Below, piece after piece: positions 11,033 through 20,809 of a DNA stretch of 32,000 bases. A program made the position numbers and the translations under genes. The DNA is from Pseudoalteromonas translucida KMM 520 (GTDB lineage Bacteria; Pseudomonadota; Gammaproteobacteria; Enterobacterales; Alteromonadaceae), in the NCBI RefSeq assembly GCF_001465295.1, contig NZ_CP011034.1, positions 2,880,001 through 2,912,000 of the forward strand, in the 5' to 3' direction. Below the pieces are notes generated by a model that was not told the DNA's origin, searched no databases, and was given only the letters and a program-made list of their open reading frames with translations. Each line of letters begins with the position of its first letter. Position 1 is the first letter of the stretch.

Positions 11033-11179
11033 CAGACACTTTATTTAAACCAAGTAAACGAGCTAAAATATGGGGTTAGTAATACCTTAAGCTAGTTTGG
11101 CTAAAAAAAGTAAGATAAACTGAACGAAGTTAATGATTAACTTCTTCCCTAACGTTATAAAAATAAATTAAGGACGCCA

Positions 11180-12538
11180 ATGCCCGAAACTTTCGAACAA
11201 GACTACCCACTACAACAATTACAACAAGTGACCAAGTCACTCAATAGTGGTCAGTTTGTTCAAGTTAGGCGTATGCTGGCAAAAACAGCTCCTTGTGATA
11301 CCGCACTTTTACTAGAATCATCACCGCATAAAGTTCGTCGCCTGCTCTGGCAATTAGTTGATCCAGATGTACAAGGTGATGTTCTTGAAGAACTCTCTGA
11401 AGATGTACGTTTAGGCATTATTGCCCAAATGGAACCTAAGCACATTGCTGCTGCCACTGAAGACATGGGCCACGATGACTTAGGTGAAGTACTGCGAAGC
11501 CTGCCTGACACGGTTTATAAAGACGTGGTTAGCGCCATGGACATTCAAGATAGAGAACGTGCTACGCAAGCACTCTCCTATCAAGAACGCTCTGCTGGCG
11601 CGCTGATGAACACAGATACAGTAACCATTCGCCCTGATGTAACCCTAGATGTGGTACTGCGTTACATTCGCTTGCGCGGCGAACTCCCAGAAGGTACCGA
11701 TGACCTTTACGTTGTCGATAAACATAACTGCTTTTTAGGCGCTTTATCGTTAAGTACCTTACTAACCAATTCGCCCGAAAAAATTGTTCATGACCTGATG
11801 GATGAAGACTGTGAGTCTATTCCTATTTCGATGGATGAAAGCGAAGTGGCGCAATTATTTGAACGTCATAACTGGATATCAGCCCCAGTAGTTGACGACA
11901 ATGCCCAACTACTTGGCCGTGTTACTATCGATGACATCGTTGATGTAATACGCGAAGACGCAGAACATCACCTATTAGGTTTAGCGGGTCTTGATGATGA
12001 AGAAGATACCTTTGCACCGGTTTTAAAAAGCTCAAAAAAACGCTCTGTTTGGCTAGGTGTTAACTTATTAACGGCTCTGGCTGCTGCTTTTGTTGCCAGC
12101 TTTTTTGAAGGTACTTTAGCAATACTGCCTATTTTAGCCGTGCTTAACGGCATTGTCCCCTCGATGGGTGGGGTGGCCGGTAGCCAGTCATTAACCTTGG
12201 TTATTCGTGGTATAGCAGTAGGTCATATTAACCAAACTAACCAACGCTTTGTAATGATAAAAGAACTCGCCATTGGTGCATTAAACGGTATTTTATGGGC
12301 TGTTTTAATTGCCAGTGTTATTGCCCTATGGCAATGGGACTTAATGCTTGGCGCGGTACTGGCGTTTGCAATGTTTATGAACTTAGTTGTTGCGGGTGTG
12401 GCGGGTGCGTGTATTCCTATAATACTTAAACGTATGAAAATAGACCCTGCACTGGCTGGCAGTGTAATACTCACTACAGTAACCGATATAGTAGGTATCT
12501 TTGCCTTTTTAGGCACCGCAACTTGGTTGCTGGTTTAA
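11180..12538 (+). CDS. mgtE: Magnesium transporter MgtE
   Basis: The 452-aa ORF has an N-domain, tandem CBS domains and a C-terminal five-TM MgtE domain (…GGVAGSQSLTLVIRG…VTDIVGIFAFLG). A good RBS (TAAGGA) lies upstream. Confidence 0.93.
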   Translation: MPETFEQDYPLQQLQQVTKSLNSGQFVQVRRMLAKTAPCDTALLLESSPHKVRRLLWQLVDPDVQGDVLEELSEDVRLGIIAQMEPKHIAAATEDMGHDDLGEVLRSLPDTVYKDVVSAMDIQDRERATQALSYQERSAGALMNTDTVTIRPDVTLDVVLRYIRLRGELPEGTDDLYVVDKHNCFLGALSLSTLLTNSPEKIVHDLMDEDCESIPISMDESEVAQLFERHNWISAPVVDDNAQLLGRVTIDDIVDVIREDAEHHLLGLAGLDDEEDTFAPVLKSSKKRSVWLGVNLLTALAAAFVASFFEGTLAILPILAVLNGIVPSMGGVAGSQSLTLVIRGIAVGHINQTNQRFVMIKELAIGALNGILWAVLIASVIALWQWDLMLGAVLAFAMFMNLVVAGVAGACIPIILKRMKIDPALAGSVILTTVTDIVGIFAFLGTATWLLV

Positions 12539-12631
12539 TCAGTAAACCAGCACATATTACTGTGTAAATACGCGCTGGTTAAAAGTAACTTTTACGCAAT
12601 ATAATTTAACCAGCGTCCAAGCTATTTAGCC

Positions 12632-13582
12632 TTATTTATTGGCTGTAGAGCCATCTGCTCCTTCTTGATCAGCCGATGGTGTACTTACTTTATTACTTAT
12701 TATTGCATCGAGATTTTCGCCGCCTTTAACCCCAAAATCTAAACTGCGTATTGGGAATGGAATACGAATATCAGCCTCATTTAGTGCTTGCTGTACTGCC
12801 ACAACTCCCTTGTGGCGTACTGTCATAAAGTCCGGCTCACCTGGGTATTTAATCCAAAACCATAATAATAAATTAATACTACTGTCGCCAAAACTCTCTG
12901 CGTATACGGCCGTTTCATCTTGGCGTATTACAAACTCAAATTGATTAATTTTATCCACAATAACGTTTGCGGCTTTTTCTATGTCTTCAGTTAATGAAAT
13001 TCTTACCGGCACTTCTATGCGCCTAACACCTAGTGTGCTGTAGTTTCGTAATACATTTCTAAATAGTATTTTATTAGGCACTAATATTTGCTGCCCATAA
13101 AAGCTCTCTATTAGTGTATTGCGCAGGTTTATTGAATGCACAGAGCCAAACACATCATCGGTTTTTATTACATCGCCTGGCTTAAATGGCTTACGGATAC
13201 CCATAGCAATACCTGCTATTAGGTTTTCGGTCATATCTTGAAATGCAAAACCAATCGCTAAACCAACAATACCGGCACCGGCTAGTAATGACGTTACAGT
13301 GCCTTTTAAGCCCATAAAATCCAGCGCTATAAACACTCCTACACTTAATATCAGTACTTTAAATATAGAAGCCATTAAATCAGCTATCTGTTTTGAATCG
13401 AGGGAGCGGCGTAATATATTTTTCATTAAGTTACCGGCAAAGCGAGCCAGCATAGAAAATAGAATGACAATAATAACTGCCACAATAAAATTAGGAATAT
13501 GGCTTATAACAACATCAAACCACCCTCCGAGTTTTTCTTCGATAAGTTTTTCGGCGTCGCTAATTGAGGGAATACTAAACAT
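12632..13582 (-). CDS. Small-conductance mechanosensitive channel, MscS family
   Basis: The 316-aa ORF has three TM helices. The pore helix (GAGIVGLAIGFAFQDMTENLIAGI) is followed by the beta domain (PFKPGDVIKTDDVFGSVHSINLRNT) and a C-terminal alpha/beta domain. Confidence 0.85.
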   Translation of the reverse strand: MFSIPSISDAEKLIEEKLGGWFDVVISHIPNFIVAVIIVILFSMLARFAGNLMKNILRRSLDSKQIADLMASIFKVLILSVGVFIALDFMGLKGTVTSLLAGAGIVGLAIGFAFQDMTENLIAGIAMGIRKPFKPGDVIKTDDVFGSVHSINLRNTLIESFYGQQILVPNKILFRNVLRNYSTLGVRRIEVPVRISLTEDIEKAANVIVDKINQFEFVIRQDETAVYAESFGDSSINLLLWFWIKYPGEPDFMTVRHKGVVAVQQALNEADIRIPFPIRSLDFGVKGGENLDAIISNKVSTPSADQEGADGSTANK

Positions 13583-13661
13583 GTAACTTGCACCTATTGC
13601 TTTATAATGTGATTAAAATCAATCTTGAATTCGCATATCAATTGCAAGTATAGCGCCAGTA

Positions 13662-13690
13662 TTAAAAAAGCCATGCGGTGCATGGCTTTT
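13662..13690 (-). terminator. Rho-independent terminator downstream of yaaA
   Basis: The stem AAGCCATGC/GCATGGCTT has an 11-bp extent with a GGT loop. It is followed on the minus strand by a run of six T. Confidence 0.75.
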
Positions 13691-13714
13691 ATAGATTAGG
13701 TAAAGATTTAAACT

Positions 13715-14494
13715 TTAGCTTTGTTCATCGCGTAAAAATACCGGTTCAAGCTCTTTCACACTTGCTTCGGCGCTAAAATAATAACCCGCTACTGTAAACT
13801 CTTTAAGCTGGCTTAGCTGAGTTACTTTATTTTCGATGAGGTAACGCGCCATCATGCCTCGCGCTTTTTTAGCGTAAAAACTAATTACTTTATATTGACC
13901 ATTTTTACAGTCTTTAAAATGTGGAGTAATTATTTGTGCATTAAGGGCTTTTTTATCAACCGCTTTAAAATACTCGTTTGAAGCAAGATTAACTAAGTAT
14001 TGGGCATCTTCGGCTTTTAATACCTCGTTAAGTTTATTAGCAATAACACTGCCCCAAAACTCATACAGGTTTTTACCACGGCTGTTTTCAAGCTTAGTGC
14101 CCATTTCAAGGCGATACGCTTGCATTAAATCAAGCGGCTTTAAAAGCCCATATAAGCCCGATAATATACGTAGGTGGCTTTGTGCGTAATCAAGCTGATT
14201 AGCCGTTAGCGTGCTGGCATCTAAACCACCATATACATCGCCATTAAAGGCCAGTACCGCTTGTTTAGCGTTTTCTGTGGTAAATGGCTGTGCCCACTCA
14301 CTAAAGCGAGCAGCGTTAAGCCCTGAGAGCTTATCGCTAATTTTCATCAGGCTGCCAATTTGCGCAGGGGTTAGTTCACGGCATACTTGCATCAGTGCTT
14401 CGCTGTGCTCAAGTAATTCCGGTTGAGTGAACTTATCGGTTGCAGGTGGCGTGGTGTAATCAAGATTTTTTGCAGGTGAAATAACAGTGATCAT
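13715..14494 (-). CDS. yaaA: Peroxide stress protein YaaA (UPF0246/DUF328)
   Basis: The N-terminus [13 protein letters not shown] is the hallmark of the family. The protein is 259 aa. It neighbours tal, as in E. coli (yaaA…talB). Confidence 0.9.
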   Translation of the reverse strand: MITVISPAKNLDYTTPPATDKFTQPELLEHSEALMQVCRELTPAQIGSLMKISDKLSGLNAARFSEWAQPFTTENAKQAVLAFNGDVYGGLDASTLTANQLDYAQSHLRILSGLYGLLKPLDLMQAYRLEMGTKLENSRGKNLYEFWGSVIANKLNEVLKAEDAQYLVNLASNEYFKAVDKKALNAQIITPHFKDCKNGQYKVISFYAKKARGMMARYLIENKVTQLSQLKEFTVAGYYFSAEASVKELEPVFLRDEQS

Positions 14495-14725
14495 AGTTAG
14501 CTATTGACTTGTAATTTATTTAATGTCAATTTCAACATTAAATGAAACGAAAAGCACGTTTTGTTTAATATTAAACAGACTGATCCTACCTTAATAATTC
14601 ATACATAACCGTTTTTATATTGATAAGGACATAAGACCTATCAAGCATTACTTCGCTGTTGCAGTATGGTGTAATATTAAAGTAGTTTAGATTTTCTTTT
14701 AACTTGCTTGGAATGAGGAAAGCAA

Positions 14726-15676
14726 ATGACTAACGCGCTACAAAGGCTAAAACAACATTCATCAATCGTGGCCGACACGGGTGATATTGAAGCAATTAAA
14801 AAGCATCAACCAGAAGACGCAACGACCAATCCGTCATTGTTATTAAAAGCGAGCGAGATTGAAGCCTATAAGCCTTATTTAAATAAAGCATGGAGCTACG
14901 CTAAAGAAACCGAGCAAGATCCAGCTAAGCAACTTGCGCTAGCCTGCGACTACTTTGCGGTATTATTAGGTAAAGAAATTAGCGCTATTGTACCTGGTTA
15001 TATTTCTACTGAGGTAGATGCACGTCTTTCGTTTGATACCCAAGCAACTATTGAGAAAGCGCACACGCTACTTAGCCTTTACGAAAAAGAAGGCGTAAGC
15101 AAAGATAAAATCTTAATTAAAGTAGCCTCTACTTGGGAAGGTATTAAAGCCGCTGAACAACTAGAAAAAGAAGGTACTAAATGTAACCTTACTTTATTGT
15201 TTAGTGATGCCCAAGCACGTGCTTGTGCTGACGCAAACGTATTTTTAATCTCACCATTTGTAGGTCGTATTTTAGATTGGCACCTAGCTAATGGTATGGA
15301 AAAGCCGACCGACCCACTGCAAGATCCTGGGGTGCAGTCTGTACGCAGCATTTTTGAATTTTATAAGCGCCACGACTACAAAACGGTAGTTATGGGCGCA
15401 AGTTTTCGTAATACCGGCGAAATTATTGCCCTTACTGGTTGCGATAAGCTAACTATTAGCCCTAACCTTTTAGAGGAGTTGGGTAACCTTGAAGATGCAC
15501 CAGAATATTTACTAGCAAAAGATGTTGCGCAGCAGCCAAAACCGGCACCGCTTAGCGAAGCTCAATTTCGTTGGTTGCATAACCAAGATGCTATGGCGAC
15601 TGAAAAGTTAGCTGAAGGTATTCGCTCTTTTGCTGATGCCCAAGAGCAATTAGAAGCACGCTTTAAAGCCATGTAA
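14726..15676 (+). CDS. tal: Transaldolase B
   Basis: It aligns along its whole length with E. coli TalB. Matching motifs include VADTGDI, ATTNPSL, the Schiff-base lysine region [12 protein letters not shown], and [12 protein letters not shown]. Confidence 0.96.
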   Translation: MTNALQRLKQHSSIVADTGDIEAIKKHQPEDATTNPSLLLKASEIEAYKPYLNKAWSYAKETEQDPAKQLALACDYFAVLLGKEISAIVPGYISTEVDARLSFDTQATIEKAHTLLSLYEKEGVSKDKILIKVASTWEGIKAAEQLEKEGTKCNLTLLFSDAQARACADANVFLISPFVGRILDWHLANGMEKPTDPLQDPGVQSVRSIFEFYKRHDYKTVVMGASFRNTGEIIALTGCDKLTISPNLLEELGNLEDAPEYLLAKDVAQQPKPAPLSEAQFRWLHNQDAMATEKLAEGIRSFADAQEQLEARFKAM

Positions 15677-15698
15677 TTGGCTTAAACGCTTGTATAAA

Positions 15699-15723
15699 AA
15701 CGTCGCAGTTGCGGCGTTTTTTT
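15699..15723 (+). terminator. Rho-independent terminator of tal
   Basis: The hairpin AACGTCGC-AGTT-GCGGCGTT contains one G-U pair. It is followed by a T7 run. Confidence 0.75.
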
Positions 15724-15946
15724 ATGCCTGCAATTTATATGCAAAAAACTTATAAACCCATCATAAAGCAAACCTTCATCAACAAATCACACTTTAGTAA
15801 CATAAATGTCACTTTTATATTCTATTTTAGCTAGGCCTATGGTATAGGTATTCGCGAAGTTAATACCTATTGCATTAAATTAGTGAGCCGTTATAGCTTA
15901 TGTTTTTAATAAGACTGGTATCAAATGCAGTCTAAAGGAGATATTC

Positions 15947-16126
15947 ATGGATAGCCTGAGCAATATAATAGAAGGTCCTGAAACAAAAAAGGAAGCTTCT
16001 CAAAAAAATAAAAAAAGAAGATGGCGCGAAATCGAAGCAATACAAGAAAAGTATCGTTTACGCAAAGAACTACAGGAGTTGGACTACTTTACAGACAGCA
16101 TAGCCGTTAATGAACTCGACTTTTAA
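15947..16126 (+). CDS. Small charged protein, 59 aa (resembles the DUF3545-type 'K/R-rich…WREIEAI' small proteins, from memory)
   Basis: It is not in the ORF track because it is below the length cutoff. A strong RBS (AAAGGAG) sits 6 nt before the ATG at 15947. The translation is MDSLSNIIEGPETKKEASQKNKKRRWREIEAIQEKYRLRKELQELDYFTDSIAVNELDF. A GC-rich terminator begins 11 nt after the stop. Confidence 0.6.
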   Translation: MDSLSNIIEGPETKKEASQKNKKRRWREIEAIQEKYRLRKELQELDYFTDSIAVNELDF

Positions 16127-16136
16127 ACGACTAACT

Positions 16137-16170
16137 AAAAAGGCCCGCATTATTGCGGGCCTTTGGTTTT
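16137..16170. terminator. Bidirectional rho-independent terminator between the small ORF and ung
   Basis: The perfect hairpin AGGCCCGC-ATTATT-GCGGGCCT is flanked by AAAA on one side and TTGGTTTT on the other. Confidence 0.85.
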
Positions 16171-16181
16171 AAAAGTTAAAA

Positions 16182-16844
16182 TTATACTTGCCAATTAATC
16201 GGCGTTTTACCTTGAGATTGTAATAACGCATTAGTGGCTGAAAAATGCCTACAGCCAAAAAACCCTCGGTGAGCAGACAGTGGCGACGGATGTGGCCCTG
16301 CTAAAATATGCTGGCGTGCGCTATCAATTCCCTTACCTTTTTTTTGTGCATGAGCACCCCACAAAATAAATATTACGCCTTCACAATGGGTGTTTATATG
16401 CGCAATAACCTTATCGGTAAATTGCTCCCACCCTAAGTGTTTATGCGAGTGGGCTTGGCCTTGCTCTACCGTAAGCACTGTATTGAGTAAAAATACTCCT
16501 TGCTCTGCCCAGCTTTGCAAGTAGCCATGGGTAGGAATAACAAAATCGCTTATATCGCTAGCCAGCTCTTTATAAATATTTTTAAGCGAAGGTGGCAGTT
16601 TTTTAACCTCAGGTAATACCGAAAAACACAAACCATGTGCTTGGCCTTCACCGTGGTAAGGATCTTGCCCTAAAATAACAACACGTATATCACTAAGCGG
16701 TGTTGCAGTAAATGCGCTAAACACTTGCTCTTTTGGAGGATAAACAGCAACGCCTTCGCTGCGGCGCTTAGCAACGTAGTCGAGTGTTTGCTGCATATAT
16801 GCTTGCTGTAATTCTTGCTTTAAAAATGCAGTCCAATCGCTCAT
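16182..16844 (-). CDS. ung: Uracil-DNA glycosylase
   Basis: Family-1 UDG motifs [14 protein letters not shown] and [14 protein letters not shown] are present. It aligns end to end with E. coli Ung. Its start overlaps the btuF-like stop (ATGA). Confidence 0.95.
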   Translation of the reverse strand: MSDWTAFLKQELQQAYMQQTLDYVAKRRSEGVAVYPPKEQVFSAFTATPLSDIRVVILGQDPYHGEGQAHGLCFSVLPEVKKLPPSLKNIYKELASDISDFVIPTHGYLQSWAEQGVFLLNTVLTVEQGQAHSHKHLGWEQFTDKVIAHINTHCEGVIFILWGAHAQKKGKGIDSARQHILAGPHPSPLSAHRGFFGCRHFSATNALLQSQGKTPINWQV

Positions 16845-17716
16845 TGTATGTTCTTTATTTGTTGGCGTGATACGGCTATTTTATCACACATGTCGGCCAG
16901 CCCATCTAGCATTCGCGCTGAAAAACGATGTAGTAAGTCAGCATTTACAGATAAAAATTGTTTATTTTTTACTGCGGGTATTTCTGGCCATTGCTGCCAA
17001 TTAATAGTGGGTTGCGGTGTTGCTGATTTTTCATCCGGAATAATTATAATTTGCGGCTTAGCTACTATCACATTTTCTATGCTTATTTGTGGATAGTCGG
17101 TGCGGCTATTTGCAAATACATTGGTTACTTGGCAAGTAGCCATTAACTCACTTATTCCGGTATTTTTCGACACTGTCATCATCGGCTCAGACCAGAGTTG
17201 ATAAAAGCCAGTGAGTTTACTTTTACCCTGTTGCTTGGCTTTAATGGCTGCAAGTTTAGTATTAAATGCTTTTACCACTTGCTCGCTTTGTTTAATGTTA
17301 CCGGTAAGTTTGCCTAGCATAAGCAACTCATCGGCAATGCCTGTAACTGTAGTTGGATCAGTTAAATAAAGCTTAATACCCAAACGCTCTATTTGTGCTA
17401 AATCATCGCTTTGATTACCACTTTTCCAAGCAATTACTATATCTGGCTTAAGTACTAAAAGCTTTTCGATTGAAATACCATAGTAACCGCCAATACGAGT
17501 AATGTTTTTTGCCGCTGCTGGGTAGTCGGCGTAATCAACTGTGCCAACAATATTATCTCCCGCGCCTATTGCATACAGGTTTTCTACTATGTGCGGGGCC
17601 AGTGCCACAATACGCAGCGCTTTAGCCGGCTGTACTTTATCAATTTGTATCTTATTAGCCTGCGCATGCTGCGATACACAGAGTAACAATAAGCCAATAA
17701 CAAGCTGTTTAAGCAT
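16841..17716 (-). CDS. btuF: Periplasmic cobalamin/corrinoid-binding protein (BtuF-like, ABC substrate-binding class III)
   Basis: It has a signal peptide ([20 protein letters not shown]) and a Peripla_BP_2-like sequence ([24 protein letters not shown]). It lies in a riboswitch-led operon with FecCD/BtuC-like and BtuD-like genes. Confidence 0.82.
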   Translation of the reverse strand: MLKQLVIGLLLLCVSQHAQANKIQIDKVQPAKALRIVALAPHIVENLYAIGAGDNIVGTVDYADYPAAAKNITRIGGYYGISIEKLLVLKPDIVIAWKSGNQSDDLAQIERLGIKLYLTDPTTVTGIADELLMLGKLTGNIKQSEQVVKAFNTKLAAIKAKQQGKSKLTGFYQLWSEPMMTVSKNTGISELMATCQVTNVFANSRTDYPQISIENVIVAKPQIIIIPDEKSATPQPTINWQQWPEIPAVKNKQFLSVNADLLHRFSARMLDGLADMCDKIAVSRQQIKNIQ

Positions 17717-18315
17717 TAGTAATCAAAACCTTGCAGAGCTTTAACTCCTGCATCAAATGCATGTTTTACATTACGCACTTCGCTTACTGTATCAGCCAGT
17801 TCTATTAATTTACGATGGGCTGCACGGCCGGTAATAATAACCGACTGCATTGGCGGTCTGTTGCTAATCGCCTCTAGCACTTCATCTACATCAATATACC
17901 CATAGGTTACCATGTAGGTTAACTCATCGAGCAGCACTACATCTAAGCTTGCGTCACTAAGCAGTCGCTTTGACTCTTGCCAAGCAGCTTGCGCGGCTGC
18001 GGTATCGCTTTCCTTGTCTTGGGTATTCCATGTAAAGCCTGTGCCCATTACCACAAACTCTACACCCGCACCCTGTAACAAGTTACGCTCTCCACATTCC
18101 CAAGTGCCTTTTATGTACTGGCACACAGCGGCTTTTTTTCCATGGCCAACACAACGTGCTACCACACCAAAGCCCGAGGTCGATTTACCTTTGCCATTAC
18201 CGGTTATAACCTGAAAAATACCTTTTTCTTGTTGCGCTGCAGCTATTCGTGCATCAACTTGATCTTTTAATTTTTGTTGGCGTTGCTGATGTTTATCTTT
18301 ACTTTGTTCGCTCAT
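17716..18315 (-). CDS. cobO: Cob(I)yrinic acid a,c-diamide / corrinoid adenosyltransferase (CobO/BtuR)
   Basis: The P-loop is [13 protein letters not shown], and the C-terminal part has CobA/CobO family features (…LLDELTYMV…ITGR). The likely start is MSEQSKDK at 18315. The track ORF extends to 18351. Its stop overlaps the btuF start by 1 nt (TAATG). Confidence 0.88.
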   Translation of the reverse strand: MSEQSKDKHQQRQQKLKDQVDARIAAAQQEKGIFQVITGNGKGKSTSGFGVVARCVGHGKKAAVCQYIKGTWECGERNLLQGAGVEFVVMGTGFTWNTQDKESDTAAAQAAWQESKRLLSDASLDVVLLDELTYMVTYGYIDVDEVLEAISNRPPMQSVIITGRAAHRKLIELADTVSEVRNVKHAFDAGVKALQGFDY

Positions 18316-19789
18316 GATTATGCCCTTCATAAATTTTAATAATGTGTGCAATATTTAAATGCGTTTCACACATGGCTGCTAAACGCTCTAGTTGCTGCTC
18401 ACGGTGCTGGTTAATATTAACCGGATTAATAGCTGTATCGGCTTTGAGCCACTTTAATATTTGTAATGTGGCACTCGCTTGATCAAATAAGCCATGTAAA
18501 TAAGTACCCGCTATGGCGTTATCATCACTAATAAACCCATCGGCTGTAAAGCCATTTGGGTGTTCATTAAAGCTTAAAAATGGTTTGTTAAGTGCTTCAC
18601 CTTGGCTAATTCCTGCATGAATTTCGTAGCCACTACAAACTGTTTGCTGGTTATTTAATTGCATAGTTGCGGTTACATTACTCAATATTTTTTTTGCTGT
18701 AAGTGTGGTAGTAAAATTACTTAACGCTAACCCCGGCATTTGCTGTAATGATGACTCAACACCTAGGGGATCATTAATACTATTGCCAAGCATTTGCATA
18801 CCACCACAAATACCGAGCACTTTACCACCATAACGTAAATGGCGTTTTATTTGTGTATCCCAGCCTTCATTTTTTAAAAAGGCTAAATCACTCAATACGT
18901 TTTTACTCCCCGGTAAAATGATCAAATCAACATCGGGGATCGCTTGTGTATGCGCTACATAATTAATATTTATATTGGGATGTAAGCGCAGTGCATCAAA
19001 GTCAGTATGGTTACTAATGTGCGGCACGAGCAGCACCGCAATATTAACGCTGGCATTAGTTAGCGTATTATCTATAGCAATTGCATCTTCAGCGTCTAAT
19101 GCTAGGTCGTGTAAATACGGCAATACGCCTAACACCGGTTTACCTGTGTACTGTTCCAGCCAATCAAGCCCACTTTGTAACAAGCTTATATCGCCTCTAA
19201 AACGATTTATTACAAAGCCTTTTACCCGCGCTTGCTCCGACTCACTCAATAATGCCAAAGTACCCACTAAATGAGCAAACACACCGCCTTTATCTATATC
19301 GGCAATTATAATTACGGGGCAGTCAACGGCTTCGGCGTAGCCCATATTAGCAATGTCGTTGGCTCTGAGGTTTATTTCGGCTGGGCTGCCCGCCCCTTCC
19401 ACCAGCAGTAAATCAAAACGTTTTGCTAAACGGTTATGCGACGTAATTACTGCATCCATAGCTACTTTTTTATAATCGTGATACGCGCCAGCTTCCATAT
19501 TACTTATGGCTTTACCATGAATAATAACCTGCGCGCCAGTATCGCTATTTGGCTTAAGTAATACGGGGTTAAAGTCAATTTCAGGTGCCACCTTTGCCGC
19601 TATAGCTTGCAGTGCTTGAGCACGACCTATTTCACCACCATCATCTGTAACTGCACTATTTAATGCCATATTTTGTGGCTTAAATGGCGCTACATGTAAC
19701 CCTCTATTAGCAAATACTCTACACAGCGCCGCAACCAGTGTACTTTTACCTGCATCGGATGTAGTGCCTTGCACCATTAACGTTTTCAT
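18299..19789 (-). CDS. cobQ: Cobyric acid synthase (CobQ/CbiP)
   Basis: The N-terminal P-loop is [20 protein letters not shown]. The C-terminal GATase-3 domain has the nucleophile ICGGMQMLG and …YLHGLF. Confidence 0.93.
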   Translation of the reverse strand: MKTLMVQGTTSDAGKSTLVAALCRVFANRGLHVAPFKPQNMALNSAVTDDGGEIGRAQALQAIAAKVAPEIDFNPVLLKPNSDTGAQVIIHGKAISNMEAGAYHDYKKVAMDAVITSHNRLAKRFDLLLVEGAGSPAEINLRANDIANMGYAEAVDCPVIIIADIDKGGVFAHLVGTLALLSESEQARVKGFVINRFRGDISLLQSGLDWLEQYTGKPVLGVLPYLHDLALDAEDAIAIDNTLTNASVNIAVLLVPHISNHTDFDALRLHPNININYVAHTQAIPDVDLIILPGSKNVLSDLAFLKNEGWDTQIKRHLRYGGKVLGICGGMQMLGNSINDPLGVESSLQQMPGLALSNFTTTLTAKKILSNVTATMQLNNQQTVCSGYEIHAGISQGEALNKPFLSFNEHPNGFTADGFISDDNAIAGTYLHGLFDQASATLQILKWLKADTAINPVNINQHREQQLERLAAMCETHLNIAHIIKIYEGHNHERTK

Positions 19790-19798
19790 TTTATAGCC

Positions 19799-20809
19799 CT
19801 ACACCTGGCGCTTACGAAAATACAATAAGCTTAAAAAGAACACGCTACCAATAGCTGCAGTAATAACCCCAACCGGTAACTCTTGATTCGTTAATAACGT
19901 GCGCGCTAGCACATCAACCCAAACCATAAAAGTACCGCCCACCAAACTCGTTACTAGTAAACCCGATAAGCTACCTTGGGAGATAAAAAAGCGCACTATA
20001 TGCGGCACCATTAATCCTACAAAGCCAATTCCGCCGCACATAGCCACTAATACTGCCGTTATCAGCGAACTTAAAACCAACATCAATATTCTAAAGCGAT
20101 GTACCCGCACACCCAGTGTTATAGCACTTTCATCGCCGAGCAGCATGGCATTAAGTTGGCGCCTAAAACTAAGCATTGTAAATGTACACAATACAATAAC
20201 CACAAAAGGTAACCACAGCGTTGCCCACTGCGCCCGCGCAAAACTACCGAGCGTCCAAAATAAAATAGCCGCAACTGCCTGAGGATCGCTCCAGTAAAGT
20301 AATAAACTGGTAAATGCACTAAATAAAAATGACAAGGCCACACCTGCCAGCAGCATAGATTCTACTTGCCCACTCTGCTGCCGCCCTGCAATCAATATAA
20401 GTAAACTCATAGCCACTAAACTGCCAGCCAATGCCGCCGCCGATAATGCAAAGCCCGCACTAATACCCACAAACGCCATGAGTATAACGACCCCCAAAGA
20501 CGCCCCAGACGATATCCCAAATAAATAAGGATCAGCTAACGGATTACGCGTCACGGTTTGCAAAATAAGCCCAGCAATGGCTAAGCCACTGCCAGCTAAA
20601 AATGCCAGTAATGTGCGTGGCATTCTTAATTCAACAATAATTCGGGTGTTAAAGGAGCCCTCAGTTGAGGTGAAAATACTTTTAAATACATCCGTCAATG
20701 ACGTGTCGGCAGCGCCATAACTCAGCGCCGTAAATAACGTAAATAACGCAGCTAATACAGTGACTAAAAGTGCTATTGAATGATTGTTAACTATGCGCAT
20801 ATTATTCAT
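19799..20809 (-). CDS. btuC: Corrinoid/iron-siderophore type ABC permease (FecCD family, BtuC-like)
   Basis: It is a polytopic membrane protein of roughly ten TM helices with FecCD-type sequence (…LLAGVALSFLFSAFTSLLL…GVITAAIGSVFFL). The likely start is at 20809 (ATG overlapping the btuD stop) or 20800. The track ORF runs to 20845. Confidence 0.84.
   Translation of the reverse strand: MNNMRIVNNHSIALLVTVLAALFTLFTALSYGAADTSLTDVFKSIFTSTEGSFNTRIIVELRMPRTLLAFLAGSGLAIAGLILQTVTRNPLADPYLFGISSGASLGVVILMAFVGISAGFALSAAALAGSLVAMSLLILIAGRQQSGQVESMLLAGVALSFLFSAFTSLLLYWSDPQAVAAILFWTLGSFARAQWATLWLPFVVIVLCTFTMLSFRRQLNAMLLGDESAITLGVRVHRFRILMLVLSSLITAVLVAMCGGIGFVGLMVPHIVRFFISQGSLSGLLVTSLVGGTFMVWVDVLARTLLTNQELPVGVITAAIGSVFFLSLLYFRKRQV

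Noticed and set aside
11033-11179. I looked for a possible M-box (Mg2+) riboswitch or sRNA in the npr-mgtE spacer.
   Set aside because: At 147 nt the spacer is too short, and I could not recognise conserved M-box elements. Only the 19-bp palindrome stands out, and it is reported separately.
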